This document shows positions 29,507 to 39,979 of a stretch of DNA of 64,000 nucleotides, one piece after another. The DNA is from Candidatus Latescibacterota bacterium (GTDB lineage: Bacteria; Latescibacterota; UBA2968; GCA-2709665): NCBI GenBank assembly GCA_965219455.1, contig OZ244744.1:864001-928000 (forward strand). Reading direction: 5' to 3'. Below the pieces are notes generated by a model that had not been told where the DNA came from, searched no databases, and saw nothing but the letters and a program-made list of their open reading frames with translations. Each line of letters opens with the position of its first letter. Within the stretch, counting starts at the first letter, position 1. The position numbers and the translations under genes are program-made.

Positions 29507-30691
29507 TCAATCCGCCGCCGCAACCGCCTCGCGTTCGCGCCTGAGCATTCCTTCGGGATCCACCCACCGGCTCACCAGGAGCGAAATCAAGGCCAGCACC
29601 GATCCACTGAAAAAGATCACCTGGTAGCCGAAGTTGCGCCAGACCAGCCCGCCGATCAGTGGCGCCGCCACCGCGGAAAAATGGTTCATCGTCACGCCCA
29701 TGGACAGCGTCGGTTTCAGATCTTCCTGGGGCGCGATCTTATGAAGGTACGTCGTCAGCGCGATGCCTCCGAAAAAAATGAGATTATCGATACAATAAAG
29801 CACGTACAGCGTAGGACGGTGCTGGATAGCGCCATATCCGAAAAAAACAAAGGCCAGCCCGATATAGCTCCAGCTGAGCACGGCCCGTTCCCCGTGCCTG
29901 TCGACCAGCCGTCCCATCAGCGGCGCCGTCAATGTAATCAGCGTCTGATTAATCAGTACCAGCGCCATCGTCGTTTCCACCGGCATCCCGTGTACTTTCA
30001 CGAGCGCGAAGATGGCAAACGTGATAAACATCTGCTTCCGGCAGCCCTGCAGAAAATTCAGCGCGTAATAAAGTCCATAGCGGCGGCGGAATACAAAACT
30101 CTTTTCATGCACGTCCGGGCGTTTTCTGCTTGCAAAGAAAATCGCCAGCCCGCCCAGCGCGGTGATCGCTCCGGCACCCACGAACAGCCAGTCGTAACGG
30201 ATCATATGGAAGACCAGATTGCAGACCCCGATGGTCAACAGCCACGCAAAGGCGTGCACGCTCCGCAGCTGACCCAGCCATTTCCCCTTCCGACCCTCAG
30301 GCGAAAACCGCAACGCCATGGACTGCTCCATGGGAAGCCAGCAGTGGAACCCGATGCCCCACAGCGCCGAATATACCGCGAGGGAAAACACGGTATACAC
30401 GTCCGCGTACGCGGCAAGCCCGGCACCCATCACTACCAGGGAAGCACCCGCCACGACCGGCGGCGCCAGACGCATCATGAGCGCGATAAAAAACGCGTTC
30501 ATGAATCCCGACGTCTCGCGCAGGGCCTCCACGTACCCCAGTTCGTGTGGCTCGATGCCCAGGCGCTCCACGGCGAAATTGTTGTACAACGTGAGCTGCA
30601 CGCCGAAAAACACGCCCACGGAAAATACCGCCGCGCCCAGTAGTTTGAAGTCCCGGTTCCATTCGGAAAACGGATTGCTGATCCGGATCAA
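29507..30691 (-). CDS. MFS transporter
   Basis: TTG start after GGAG; about 12 TM helices; 'GRLVDRHGER' MFS motif. Confidence 0.82.
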   Translation of the reverse strand: MIRISNPFSEWNRDFKLLGAAVFSVGVFFGVQLTLYNNFAVERLGIEPHELGYVEALRETSGFMNAFFIALMMRLAPPVVAGASLVVMGAGLAAYADVYTVFSLAVYSALWGIGFHCWLPMEQSMALRFSPEGRKGKWLGQLRSVHAFAWLLTIGVCNLVFHMIRYDWLFVGAGAITALGGLAIFFASRKRPDVHEKSFVFRRRYGLYYALNFLQGCRKQMFITFAIFALVKVHGMPVETTMALVLINQTLITLTAPLMGRLVDRHGERAVLSWSYIGLAFVFFGYGAIQHRPTLYVLYCIDNLIFFGGIALTTYLHKIAPQEDLKPTLSMGVTMNHFSAVAAPLIGGLVWRNFGYQVIFFSGSVLALISLLVSRWVDPEGMLRREREAVAAAD

Positions 30692-30721
30692 TCGTCGCTC
30701 CGATCGGGGAAGTGTCGTCTG

Positions 30722-30780
30722 AGTGTCCTTTCCCGGAAATATGTCACGATTCGGCAATCTATTTTCAGGACAGAACACTA
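30722..30780. mobile_element. MITE family B, minimal 58-bp copy
   Basis: AGTGTCCTTTCCCGGAAATATGTCAC...GGCAATCTATTTTCAGGACAGAACACTA; both ends match the copies at 52005 and 54885. Confidence 0.7.
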
Positions 30781-31143
30781 ATCCATCTGTACAACCACGC
30801 GGCGGCCTGCAACGCTGACGGGGTAGACCCGCACCCTGAACCGATCGGGCTCGACCAGGGCGCGGCCCGTTTCCAGGTCGAATTGCCACCCGTGCCAGGG
30901 GCAGGTAAGGATTTCGCCCAGGCGCCCGTAGGAGATCTCCTCGCCGGGACGACACGGCAGGGCTGCACCATCCACCCTTCCGGCAGACAACGGCGCACCC
31001 TGGTGGGGACAGATATCGCGCAACGCGAAGAACCGCCGGTCGCGCCGCACCACCATCAGCGCCCGCCCCCCCGCTTCGATCCGACGCGGCCGGCCAGCCT
31101 CAAAGTCGTCAACTGACCCAATGTCAATTGTCTTCAAGGCCAT
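30778..31143 (-). CDS. Rieske (2Fe-2S) ferredoxin
   Basis: CPHQG...CPWHGW motifs. Confidence 0.92.
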   Translation of the reverse strand: MALKTIDIGSVDDFEAGRPRRIEAGGRALMVVRRDRRFFALRDICPHQGAPLSAGRVDGAALPCRPGEEISYGRLGEILTCPWHGWQFDLETGRALVEPDRFRVRVYPVSVAGRRVVVQMD

Positions 31144-32230
31144 AGAAATCCGCCGCGTTTGCGGCCAGAATGCGCTGCCTCAAGGCACCTTTGATCACCC
31201 GCGGCAGGGCTCGGTCGGGTGCGTCGAAATCCCAATGCGGGTAATCGGTGGCGAACATCAGAAAGTTGTCGCGCCCGATCATGTCCAGAATGGCGAGTAG
31301 GTGCCGGGCATCGGCCGGTTCCTCCATGGGCTGTGTCGTGGCGCGGAAGTGATCCAGGATATATTCGCTGGGCAGCCTCCGGAGCCATGGCACTTCGGCG
31401 TGCAGACCGCGGTAGTTCTTGTCCAGCCGCCACATGAGTGCCGGCAGCCAGGCAAATCCACCCTCAATGAGGGCTACCCGGGCCGATGGCAATTCCTCGA
31501 AGACACCTTCGCATACCAGGCTGATGACCTGGGCCTCAAAGGCCTGCGACATTCCCGTGTGATCTTCGATATAATAGGATGGCCAGCCGCTGGCCGTAAT
31601 GGGATTGCCGCCACCGCCAAAATGAATGCCCACTGGCAGGTCGGCCGCCGCCGCCGCACGAAAAATGGGCCTGAATTCACGGCGACCGTAGGGGGCGTAG
31701 GAGCGAACCAGCAGCAATACCTGGACAAAGCGACGGTCGGTGGCGAGGCGCTCGATCTCGGCGGCGGCCGCGTCTGCATCCTGGATATTGACGACGATTG
31801 AGCCACGCCATCGCCTGTCGGCATCCAGCCATGCCTCTCTCGTCCATTCATTGACAGCCCGCTGCAGCGCGTTGGCCAGATCGATATTTCGCACGGTCGA
31901 CACCGCGACGAGCGGGTTGAGGACCGCATAGTCGATACCCCAGGTATCGAGCAACTGTTCCCGGGAAAATTCGGCGTCCGCCCCGGGCCTCTTTCCATTT
32001 GGAGGCCACGCGTCGCGCCGGGCCGCCTGGGCATAGAGCTTGGGATAGATTGAAACCGACGGTATCGTAAACCCCGACTGTTTCACGTACGCCTGCCACC
32101 GCTTCGACAGATGGGGCATGAGTTCGTCCATTGAATCGGGGTAATTGTGGACGTCCGCATCTATGAGGGTGACGCCGGGTTTCCGGCCGTTGGTCGTCAA
32201 TGCCTCGGATTCGGCGGTCGCCTCGACCAT
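31124..32230 (-). CDS. Amidohydrolase-fold protein, probable dinuclear oxygenase (AibH/PtmU3-like)
   Basis: [24 protein letters not shown]; overlaps the Rieske gene. Confidence 0.8.
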   Translation of the reverse strand: MVEATAESEALTTNGRKPGVTLIDADVHNYPDSMDELMPHLSKRWQAYVKQSGFTIPSVSIYPKLYAQAARRDAWPPNGKRPGADAEFSREQLLDTWGIDYAVLNPLVAVSTVRNIDLANALQRAVNEWTREAWLDADRRWRGSIVVNIQDADAAAAEIERLATDRRFVQVLLLVRSYAPYGRREFRPIFRAAAAADLPVGIHFGGGGNPITASGWPSYYIEDHTGMSQAFEAQVISLVCEGVFEELPSARVALIEGGFAWLPALMWRLDKNYRGLHAEVPWLRRLPSEYILDHFRATTQPMEEPADARHLLAILDMIGRDNFLMFATDYPHWDFDAPDRALPRVIKGALRQRILAANAADFYGLEDN

Positions 32231-32310
32231 GGAACGCTCCTTTCAACTAACGAACGGTCAGCGTAAATTCGGTACCCTCCATCACAACATCCGCCCTTCT
32301 CCCCCTGGAG

Positions 32311-33252
32311 TCAATTCCCCAGGGGCTCCCACACGGCGCCGAAGATGTCTCTCAATCGCACCACGTCTTCGTCCGGCAGCGGCGGCCCGAGAATGGCTCT
32401 CACGTTTGCCTCCAGATGCTCCAGGTTAGCCGTCCCTGTCAGAACCGTGCCCATTGCCGGATGCGACGCCACGTATTTGTACGCGGCTGCCGGCAGAGAA
32501 GCCACGTGCCCTTTCACCAGCCAGCCCAGCGGATCGTCGTCCGGCACGGAATCTCGTGCAATCAGGCCTTTCTCCTTTGCATAGGCGATGCGCTCAGCCA
32601 ACACGTCCGGCTTGCTCAGTGCCCGGCGTACCGCCACCATACAGATCACACCTACGTTTTTTTCCAGGCACATCGGCAAGACGCGATGCTCCGCCGTGGG
32701 ACTGATCATATTGTATCCGACCATTGCCGTGTCAAAATGGTCGTGGGCAAGCGCCATCGGAAACATCTCGTGTCCGGGATCCTGGGAATATGTCTCCGAT
32801 ACGCCCAGAAACCGGAATTTTCCCTGCTCCTGGAGCCGTGCCATTACCGGTAGGAAAATTTCCATCGTGCGGGCATAGTCTTCCGGCGTCACGCCGTGGA
32901 ACTGCATAATGTCGATGACGTCCACCCTGAGCCGTGCAAGACTCCGATCCACGGAGGCCACCACGTCGTCGGGACTGGAGGTCCATTCATCCCGCGCCAC
33001 CTGCACCTTTGTTGCCAGCACGTAATCCTCCCGTGGCACGCCCGTCAGCGCCCGGCCGAGAATGGCCTCGCTTTCCCCGTACCCCGCAGCGGTATCGAAA
33101 AAATTGACGCCCAGCGCCAGCGCCCTGCGAACCATCCGGCCAACGTCGGCCTCCGGTACGCCGGTGCTCTGTCCGAATTGGCTCGGGCCGCCCGTACCGA
33201 TGCCCAGAACGGAAACTCGAAGCCCGGTTCGCCCGAGCGTGCGGTATTCCAT
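32311..33252 (-). CDS. Aldo/keto reductase
   Basis: Start MEYRTLGRTG; 'DTAAGYG', 'LATK', 'MQFHG'. Confidence 0.9.
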   Translation of the reverse strand: MEYRTLGRTGLRVSVLGIGTGGPSQFGQSTGVPEADVGRMVRRALALGVNFFDTAAGYGESEAILGRALTGVPREDYVLATKVQVARDEWTSSPDDVVASVDRSLARLRVDVIDIMQFHGVTPEDYARTMEIFLPVMARLQEQGKFRFLGVSETYSQDPGHEMFPMALAHDHFDTAMVGYNMISPTAEHRVLPMCLEKNVGVICMVAVRRALSKPDVLAERIAYAKEKGLIARDSVPDDDPLGWLVKGHVASLPAAAYKYVASHPAMGTVLTGTANLEHLEANVRAILGPPLPDEDVVRLRDIFGAVWEPLGN

Positions 33253-33763
33253 ACAGGTTCCCCCTCGAATGCGCACGGTTCCGTTTGCCCGGAACTCTGA
33301 CGGCGGATGTAGGCAATGGCAAAGCACGAATCGGAGATTTGCCGCCCACAACCCGGCTCTTCGCTGACGCTTCGAAACCTTTCGGGAGCGATAATTCCTC
33401 CCGAGACCATTGACTATTTATCAAATATGGGACCACCCGTCAAGCGCTTCGGCAAGGGGCGCGCGACTGAAGTTCAGCCCAAACCGACCCGCACGAGTCG
33501 TCAGGATCAACATCGCGCAGGATGGCGGTACCCGGTGCAGGCATCATGCGTTTTCGTTTTCCTGGCGGGTGATCCCTCGCGCGCATTTTCATCTTCCGCG
33601 TTTCATCCCGGCGGTCGAAATTACGCTTGCGAATTCATCTCGCTTTCGAAATACTGATGGGCCAATCATCGGCGCCCATCGATGCCCGGAGGCGCCCGGG
33701 AGCATGTTCACCGGAGCGGAAAGGAACGTCCGCGTCGGGTGCCGCAAACGACAAGGAGCCCAG

Positions 33764-36700
33764 GTGAATCTCTACACACCGGAACAGATCCAGCTTGCCC
33801 GGCAACGCGCGGCGGAGGACCCCGATGCGAAAAAAATTGCCGGGCGTGTCTTTGCCGACGCAGATCCATGGCTGGACCGTGATCAGGATTTCATCCGCGG
33901 ACTGATGCCGGGTCCGGAGATACCGCGCAGCTGGACCATCAACTTCGTCAGCGGCTGTCCCGTCCACGGCGGCGGGCCAAACGGGTACGGCGGGTACGCA
34001 CAGGGCGGGTGGAAACACAATCCCTTCAAGGACAAATGGCGCGTCACGTGCGCCGTGGGCGGCGAATCCTATCCAAGCAACGACTTTGAGGCATTCTACG
34101 AAAACGGAATGGAAGACCGCAGCCTGCTCACCGGCCCTTACGCGGACGACGGATGGGGCTGGCGCGGCGATGACGGGCCCTTTCGCCACTGGTTCATCGC
34201 CTACTGCTGTTGTAGTATCTGGAACGCCGTCACTGCCGGCCTTACCTCCCTTGCGCAGGCTTATCTGCTCAGCGGAGACGGCCGATATGCTCACAAAGCG
34301 CTCGTCATTCTGGACCGTCTCGCCGAGGTCTATCCACACATGGATTACAGCAGGCAATCCATGTACGCCCTGGAATTCTCACCTGGCTATACCGGAAAAA
34401 TGAACGATCTCATTTCCGAATCCGGGACCGTACGCCGGCTTTGCCAGGCCCTGGATGCCGTGGGCGGCTCCATCCCTTACGACCCGGTATTCGGTTCAGA
34501 TCCCGACGGATTTCGACGGAAGCTCGAGGCCGGCATTATCGGGGCGAGCCTCGACGGAATCTACGGGGGCCACGTCCGAAGCAACTACGGCGGACACCAG
34601 GAAGCCCTGCTGATTGCCGCACTCGCCTCAGGAGACCGGAATGAAATCGACAAAGCTGTAGAATGGACAATGAATAACACCGGCGAAGCGACGGAACTCA
34701 AAGAAATGCTCACCCATTTCGACGGGTACCTCTTTCGCGACAAGGCCGCCCATGCGGAAGGGATCAACTTTGCCCTGGACAACCTTATCTTCCGCGAGGG
34801 CATGGGGTGGGAAAGTTCCCCCGGCTACAACAGCGGGTGGGTCACACACCTCACGGTCATCGCTCGCCTATTGGAAGAACTGGGCATAAGGATCTGGGAC
34901 AGGCCAAAGTTCCGGCGCATGTACCGCTGGGCCGCGGAAATGACGTGTCTGGATCACTTTACCCCGAGCATTGGCGACGCCGGAACCGTGGTCGGTGGCC
35001 ATGTTGCCCTCGGAGTCGATACCCTGCGGGCGGCGTACAAAGCCACGGGAGACGCCTTTGTCGGCGAGCTTCTCAGCAGGCAGGAAACCGGCTTCAACAG
35101 CTTCGAGTCCCTGCTGGAAGCGTCGGTTGTGCCCTCAACGCACGAAGATGGCGCCGCCGAACTCAAAGAGATGACGGCCGAAAGCCGGCTTATGGGCGGC
35201 TACGGCCTGGCCCTGTTACGTTCGGGGAGGGGGCGCGAACGTACAGCATTGGCGCTGTATTACGGACGGGCGGCCACCGAACATGCGCATTTCGATCGTC
35301 TCAACATCGAACTCTTCGCGTATGGCCGGAAACTCATCCCGGATCTCGGTTACGGCGAACATGCCGCCGAGGGAGACCGTCCAGCGATATGGACAAAGAA
35401 CACCCTGGCCCACGCCACGGTCGTCGTGGACGGCCGACGGCAGGATACGCAGGGGCCCGGCAGGCTGGAGCAATTCGTGAAGACCAGCGGTCTGACCTGG
35501 GTGCAGGTCGACGCCCCGGAAACCTATAACCATACTTCCGAATACCGGCGGACTATCGCACTCATCGAAATTGGAGAGGACGCCCGCTACGTCCTCGACT
35601 GCTTCCGGGTGGCGGGTGGAACGCAACACGACTACAACCTGCACGGATTTGAAGGTGCGTTTACGGTAGACGATATCGCGCTCACCCCTCCGCAGCGGGA
35701 GGGCACCCTGGCCGGCCGGGATGTTCCCTACGGCGCCATTTACGACGACGACGGCCTCACCGACCCGCTAAGGAAGGGCCGCTCCTATTACACCTACCGG
35801 GGCGGCGGATACTCCTATCTGTACGACGCACGACGCGGGAATCCGACCGCGACGTGGTCTTCCACCTGGCGCGACCTGAAGACCGGCATCGGCCTGAATA
35901 CCACTTTCCTGCCGTCGGACGAAGCTATCGTCGCCCACGGAGATCCTCCCAGAAAGCCGGGCAACCCGAAGCAACTCACCTATGTGCTGCTCCGCAACAC
36001 GGGGGAGGGCGCCGCCAGCCGCTTTGTGGCCGTACATGAGCCCTTTAAAGGTGGCAAGAAGATCCACGCCGTAGACCAACTGGATGCCGACGACGAAGGC
36101 CTCGCGCTAAGGATCAAGCATCTGTACGGCGAAGATACGATCCGCCACGCCCTTGGCCCTTCCGGCAGCAGCCTCGGTATGGTGCGCCAGGATGCTGGGG
36201 GAAAGCTGATTTCCTTACACCAGTCCGGGCCCGGAAGCATCAGCGCCGACGGACATACCCTCAACATACCGAAACCGCTTTGCGGCCGTATTGTAGAAAT
36301 CGATCCGGTATCTTCCACCATTGCCATAGAACGCGATCGTGAGAGCCAGGCCTTCCGCGCGGCGGGCCTCGAGGGTGAAGTCGCCCGTATCGGAAACGCC
36401 CGCCGTGCCACGGCCTACAATATCACCGCCGTGGAAGGAAGGGGCCGGCACTATCGCATCCGCTTCGGCGCCGACAGGTTCCGAATCGGCCGTTTCGTAA
36501 TTACCGGGACCAACCCGGATGGAACGGGCCTGTCCACCGGGACCAACCTGTATATGGCCGCCCAGGGATATTACCGCGGCGCCTGGCTCACGGACAAAGA
36601 CCACACCATATGGCTGCCCGTTGACGACGTCGACCTCGCGCCTCACCGTCCAGGCGCCCGCCGCGATGCAGGCATCCGGCTGGTGGGCAGACACGACCTC

Positions 36701-36847
36701 GCCGCGAGGTTCAGGGTTGGCGAAATAGCCTATCTCTACGACATCGGACCAGGCGACTCCGTAGCCGTCACGCCGACGGCTACGGCCCTCAGGCAAAAGG
36801 ATGGGCGATTTCGAATCCGGGCGAACTGCAGAGCGTTCCTGGACTGA
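33764..36847 (+). CDS. Heparinase II/III-family polysaccharide lyase-like protein
   Basis: GTG start after AAGGAG; 'ESSPGYN', 'HAHFDRLNIEL...PDLGY', 'TLAHATVVVDG'. Confidence 0.8.
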   Translation: MNLYTPEQIQLARQRAAEDPDAKKIAGRVFADADPWLDRDQDFIRGLMPGPEIPRSWTINFVSGCPVHGGGPNGYGGYAQGGWKHNPFKDKWRVTCAVGGESYPSNDFEAFYENGMEDRSLLTGPYADDGWGWRGDDGPFRHWFIAYCCCSIWNAVTAGLTSLAQAYLLSGDGRYAHKALVILDRLAEVYPHMDYSRQSMYALEFSPGYTGKMNDLISESGTVRRLCQALDAVGGSIPYDPVFGSDPDGFRRKLEAGIIGASLDGIYGGHVRSNYGGHQEALLIAALASGDRNEIDKAVEWTMNNTGEATELKEMLTHFDGYLFRDKAAHAEGINFALDNLIFREGMGWESSPGYNSGWVTHLTVIARLLEELGIRIWDRPKFRRMYRWAAEMTCLDHFTPSIGDAGTVVGGHVALGVDTLRAAYKATGDAFVGELLSRQETGFNSFESLLEASVVPSTHEDGAAELKEMTAESRLMGGYGLALLRSGRGRERTALALYYGRAATEHAHFDRLNIELFAYGRKLIPDLGYGEHAAEGDRPAIWTKNTLAHATVVVDGRRQDTQGPGRLEQFVKTSGLTWVQVDAPETYNHTSEYRRTIALIEIGEDARYVLDCFRVAGGTQHDYNLHGFEGAFTVDDIALTPPQREGTLAGRDVPYGAIYDDDGLTDPLRKGRSYYTYRGGGYSYLYDARRGNPTATWSSTWRDLKTGIGLNTTFLPSDEAIVAHGDPPRKPGNPKQLTYVLLRNTGEGAASRFVAVHEPFKGGKKIHAVDQLDADDEGLALRIKHLYGEDTIRHALGPSGSSLGMVRQDAGGKLISLHQSGPGSISADGHTLNIPKPLCGRIVEIDPVSSTIAIERDRESQAFRAAGLEGEVARIGNARRATAYNITAVEGRGRHYRIRFGADRFRIGRFVITGTNPDGTGLSTGTNLYMAAQGYYRGAWLTDKDHTIWLPVDDVDLAPHRPGARRDAGIRLVGRHDLAARFRVGEIAYLYDIGPGDSVAVTPTATALRQKDGRFRIRANCRAFLD

Positions 36848-36866
36848 GTGTCCGCGTCCAAATATC

Positions 36867-36908
36867 ACGCAAAAGGGCGACCCTGTTCTACGGGTCGCCC
36901 TTTTGCGT
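36867..36908. terminator. Bidirectional terminator
   Basis: ACGCAAAAGGGCGACCC-loop-GGGTCGCCCTTTTGCGT. Confidence 0.85.
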
Positions 36909-36927
36909 TTGCGGGTTCGAACGCCGG

Positions 36928-37746
36928 TTATCCTGCGTTCTGCAGCGCGGTGAAAAACCGCACGTCCGACCTGGCCAGATCGATTACCGTGTCCACCGGT
37001 TCTCCGCTGTATTCGCTATGAAAACTCAGCGGTCCGTCGAAGTTCACCGCCCTGAACGCGCGCAACAAAGCGGGCCAGTCTCCGAATCCCTCTCCCAGCC
37101 GGACCACCCGTGTGCGCCAGGCTGTCCTGCCATTCTGCAAGAGCGGCTGTCGGATCAGATCCTTGAGCGCCACCACCGACAGATGCGACTTTACGATGTC
37201 CAGCGCCAGTTCAATCGGCTCTCCACAGATGGAAAGGTGTCCCGGATCGGCGAACACACCGATATGCCGGGGATCGAAATCCTTTACCGCATTCATGGCC
37301 GCACAGGCGTTGAGACCCATCGAAAGCCCCGAGTGGTTGTGCACAACGGTCTGAACCTCGTGTTTCTCCGACAGGGCTTGAAAACCCTCGAGATGCCCCC
37401 GCACCGCGTCCAATTCTTTCCAATAATCCATCCCGGCGGCCCAGTGCCAGTACCCCAGCTTGATATGCCTCACGCCCGCTTCGCCACACGCCGCGTACAG
37501 GCGGTCCGCATCATCCATCTCCGGTGTGATGAAGTCGCCGGGCGTGGTTACCAGAGGAATGGAAAGCCCTTCGTCGGAAAACCGCCTTGCCGCTTCCGGC
37601 AGCGCCGTTTCCACATTTCCGGGATGTACCGGATAACCGGGACGCACGCACAGGTCGGCGCCCTCGACACCGACCGATTTCAACGCGGCAATAATGCCGG
37701 GTACGTCCAGACCCTCCAGATGTTTCGTAAACATGATGTATTTCAT
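36928..37746 (-). CDS. Sugar phosphate isomerase/epimerase (AP_endonuc_2 TIM barrel)
   Basis: 'HNHSG', 'DPGH', 'LKD', 'SFHSEY'. Confidence 0.8.
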   Translation of the reverse strand: MKYIMFTKHLEGLDVPGIIAALKSVGVEGADLCVRPGYPVHPGNVETALPEAARRFSDEGLSIPLVTTPGDFITPEMDDADRLYAACGEAGVRHIKLGYWHWAAGMDYWKELDAVRGHLEGFQALSEKHEVQTVVHNHSGLSMGLNACAAMNAVKDFDPRHIGVFADPGHLSICGEPIELALDIVKSHLSVVALKDLIRQPLLQNGRTAWRTRVVRLGEGFGDWPALLRAFRAVNFDGPLSFHSEYSGEPVDTVIDLARSDVRFFTALQNAG

Positions 37747-37819
37747 CTCAACTCTCTCCATCTGCAAGCGCCGGTCCGCGGTGAATACCCGCTACGACCG
37801 GCTGGTTGGCTCCGCCCGC

Positions 37820-38830
37820 CTAAATCTGTGACTGATAAATCCGATCCACAAGGTCCATTGTCTTTACCGCATCCTCCAGACACGTCTCCGGCTGTTTCCC
37901 GTCTCTGATACAATCGACAAAGTGCCGGTTGATATCGTACGCACCGAAAGCACGCCAGGCGTCATCACCACCCCCGAGCCGGAACGGATCGAGCACTTCT
38001 ATGGGTTCGTCCTTATTGTCCGCGTACACCCGCCCACCTTCTTCCGGATCCCCGAATACCGAAATCCCCGGTGAATGGATTTCCACGGAAAATATGCGAC
38101 GCCCCGTCATCCAGTTGGTGAGAAGCACGCCCGTTGCCCCGGAACTGAACCTTACCAGCGCCAGGTAAATATTGGTGTGGGTGGCGGCCTCCCGCCGTAC
38201 ATCGCTGGCCACGGATTCCACCTCTCCGCCACAGAGATAGCGAAGTGTGTCCACCGCGTGAATGGCGTCGGACGTGAGGATGTCGATTGCCCCCCGGTAA
38301 TACGGCGCGCCACCCACGGCGTTTTTGTAAAACGTGGCCACGGCGCTGTGGACGGCCCCCCGCTTCTCGCAGAGTTCCTTTCCGTACCGGATTACAGGCG
38401 CGAACCTCCTCTGGAACGTAACACCCGTGAGCACCTTATGCTTCTGTGCGATAAGTGCCATCTGCCGGGTCTGTTCCGTCGTCATCGCGGGGGGTTTTTC
38501 GATAAACAGATGGCAACCCATCTCCATCACGGTTGCCGAGATGTCGTACAGATGATGGGGCGGCATTATGGCGTAAACTGCATCCGGTTTTTCCTTTTCA
38601 ATCATCTTCCTGTAATCCGAATACTGCCGCTGAATGCCGAACCGTTCGGCCGCATCGGCCATCCTTTGGTCGCTCAGTTCCGACACGGCCACCATCTCGA
38701 CGCCCACCAGTGCCTTGAGAGCGGGGTAATGCGCGCTGGTTGCACGACCGCCCGCGCCGATCATCGCCACACGTACGGTTTTCTTCCGCTGGATCTCTTT
38801 TGTATCCGATTTCTTCCCCCGATTCGCCAT
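37820..38830 (-). CDS. Gfo/Idh/MocA-family oxidoreductase
   Basis: GAGGRA, IEKPP, 'DAIHAVD'. Confidence 0.88.
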   Translation of the reverse strand: MANRGKKSDTKEIQRKKTVRVAMIGAGGRATSAHYPALKALVGVEMVAVSELSDQRMADAAERFGIQRQYSDYRKMIEKEKPDAVYAIMPPHHLYDISATVMEMGCHLFIEKPPAMTTEQTRQMALIAQKHKVLTGVTFQRRFAPVIRYGKELCEKRGAVHSAVATFYKNAVGGAPYYRGAIDILTSDAIHAVDTLRYLCGGEVESVASDVRREAATHTNIYLALVRFSSGATGVLLTNWMTGRRIFSVEIHSPGISVFGDPEEGGRVYADNKDEPIEVLDPFRLGGGDDAWRAFGAYDINRHFVDCIRDGKQPETCLEDAVKTMDLVDRIYQSQI

Positions 38831-38932
38831 AATCGCCTCCAGTATACCCGTCAGGGTCCGGATTCCAACCCCCCGGCAGCCGGCGGCGCCGGGACGGATG
38901 TTCTGTCTCCGGGAGTCCCCGAGACAGGTAGT

Positions 38933-39886
38933 TTATCGATAAACCGCCTGGATCAACGCCCGCATATACCCCACGACAAACGCGCGTCCCGCCCAGAACG
39001 TGGAATCCGTACTCGGAAAACCGGGTGTATGATCCATCATGAACGGTCCCTCGAAACCCACTTCTTTATAGGTCTGCATCGCCTCGTACATATCCTGATC
39101 CCCCTCGTCTACGAATACCTCCTGAAACTTCCTGGGACCGCCGCGGATATTCCGGAAATGCACGTACACGATCTTGTCCCGGCGGCCGATATCCCGGATG
39201 GCGTCGCATACGTTCTCACCCATCTCCGCGACACAACCCTGGCAGAACAACATGGCGTTGCTGTGGCTGGGGACCATATCGAATATATGATGGTATTGTT
39301 CAAGAGTCGACACGATCCTGGCGGCGCCGGCCAGGGGTTCCGGAATGGGCGGATCGTCCGGATGCAGCGCCATGCGAACGCCGTTCTCTTCCGCTACCGG
39401 AATAACACGTTCCAGGAAATATCGGATATTCTCGAGGATCTTCTCCTCGGAAATGGCCTTGTCGGGGTAGTACGGCGGATCCTCCATCAGCTTCTCGTAG
39501 TCAAACGTACTGTATCTGGCGCCCCCCCTTCCCGGCGGAACGGACGCCGTGCGGAAGTTGCCCGCCGGCTTGAAGTTGTACCCCAACGTGGGAATGCCCA
39601 CCTCGCCCATGCTTCGCAGCAACCCGCACCACGCCTCGATCTTTTCGTCCCGATCCTCGAGCGCCAGGGAAATCTCGTCCCATCCGGTCGCTGCCAGATT
39701 CGTCAGCTTCATCCCGTGGGACTCGGTCAGCGTCTTGAGATCCTTCCAGAAATCCGTGCGGTTCCGGCCCTGACGCACGTCTGGCGGAATCGAGTTCACC
39801 GTTAGGTAGTCGACACCTATCGCCTGGAAAAAACTCAGCGTGTCGCGATTGATCTGATCCCAGGGAAGCTGCTCCTGAATATACAT
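38933..39886 (-). CDS. uxuA: Mannonate dehydratase-like protein (paralog 1)
   Basis: LHPDDPP, FCQG, VHFRN, DHTP motifs. Confidence 0.78.
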   Translation of the reverse strand: MYIQEQLPWDQINRDTLSFFQAIGVDYLTVNSIPPDVRQGRNRTDFWKDLKTLTESHGMKLTNLAATGWDEISLALEDRDEKIEAWCGLLRSMGEVGIPTLGYNFKPAGNFRTASVPPGRGGARYSTFDYEKLMEDPPYYPDKAISEEKILENIRYFLERVIPVAEENGVRMALHPDDPPIPEPLAGAARIVSTLEQYHHIFDMVPSHSNAMLFCQGCVAEMGENVCDAIRDIGRRDKIVYVHFRNIRGGPRKFQEVFVDEGDQDMYEAMQTYKEVGFEGPFMMDHTPGFPSTDSTFWAGRAFVVGYMRALIQAVYR

Positions 39887-39979
39887 TTCGACAATCCCTC
39901 CGTTTTGAAACATCGAGAAAGGTTGGCGGATCTCACGACCCCGCGGGACAAACCGGAGTAGGCGACCGCATACCCGCCT

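Noticed and set aside
33253-33763. Riboswitch or ncRNA in the long intergenic region
   Set aside because: Hairpins exist (for example TCGGGAG..CTCCCGA) but I could not match a known family; an Infernal/Rfam scan would decide.
36847-36869. Fourth MITE-B end at the lyase stop codon (AGTGTCC...AAATATCACG)
   Set aside because: The match is short and gapped, and there is no partner end.
36910-36927. GGTTCGAA as a tRNA T-loop
   Set aside because: There is no cloverleaf or acceptor stem around it.
38075-39805. 576-aa plus-strand ORF (also 29447..30643, 41629..42912, 57471..58502)
   Set aside because: These are antisense shadows of well-supported genes in GC-rich DNA and carry no recognisable motifs.
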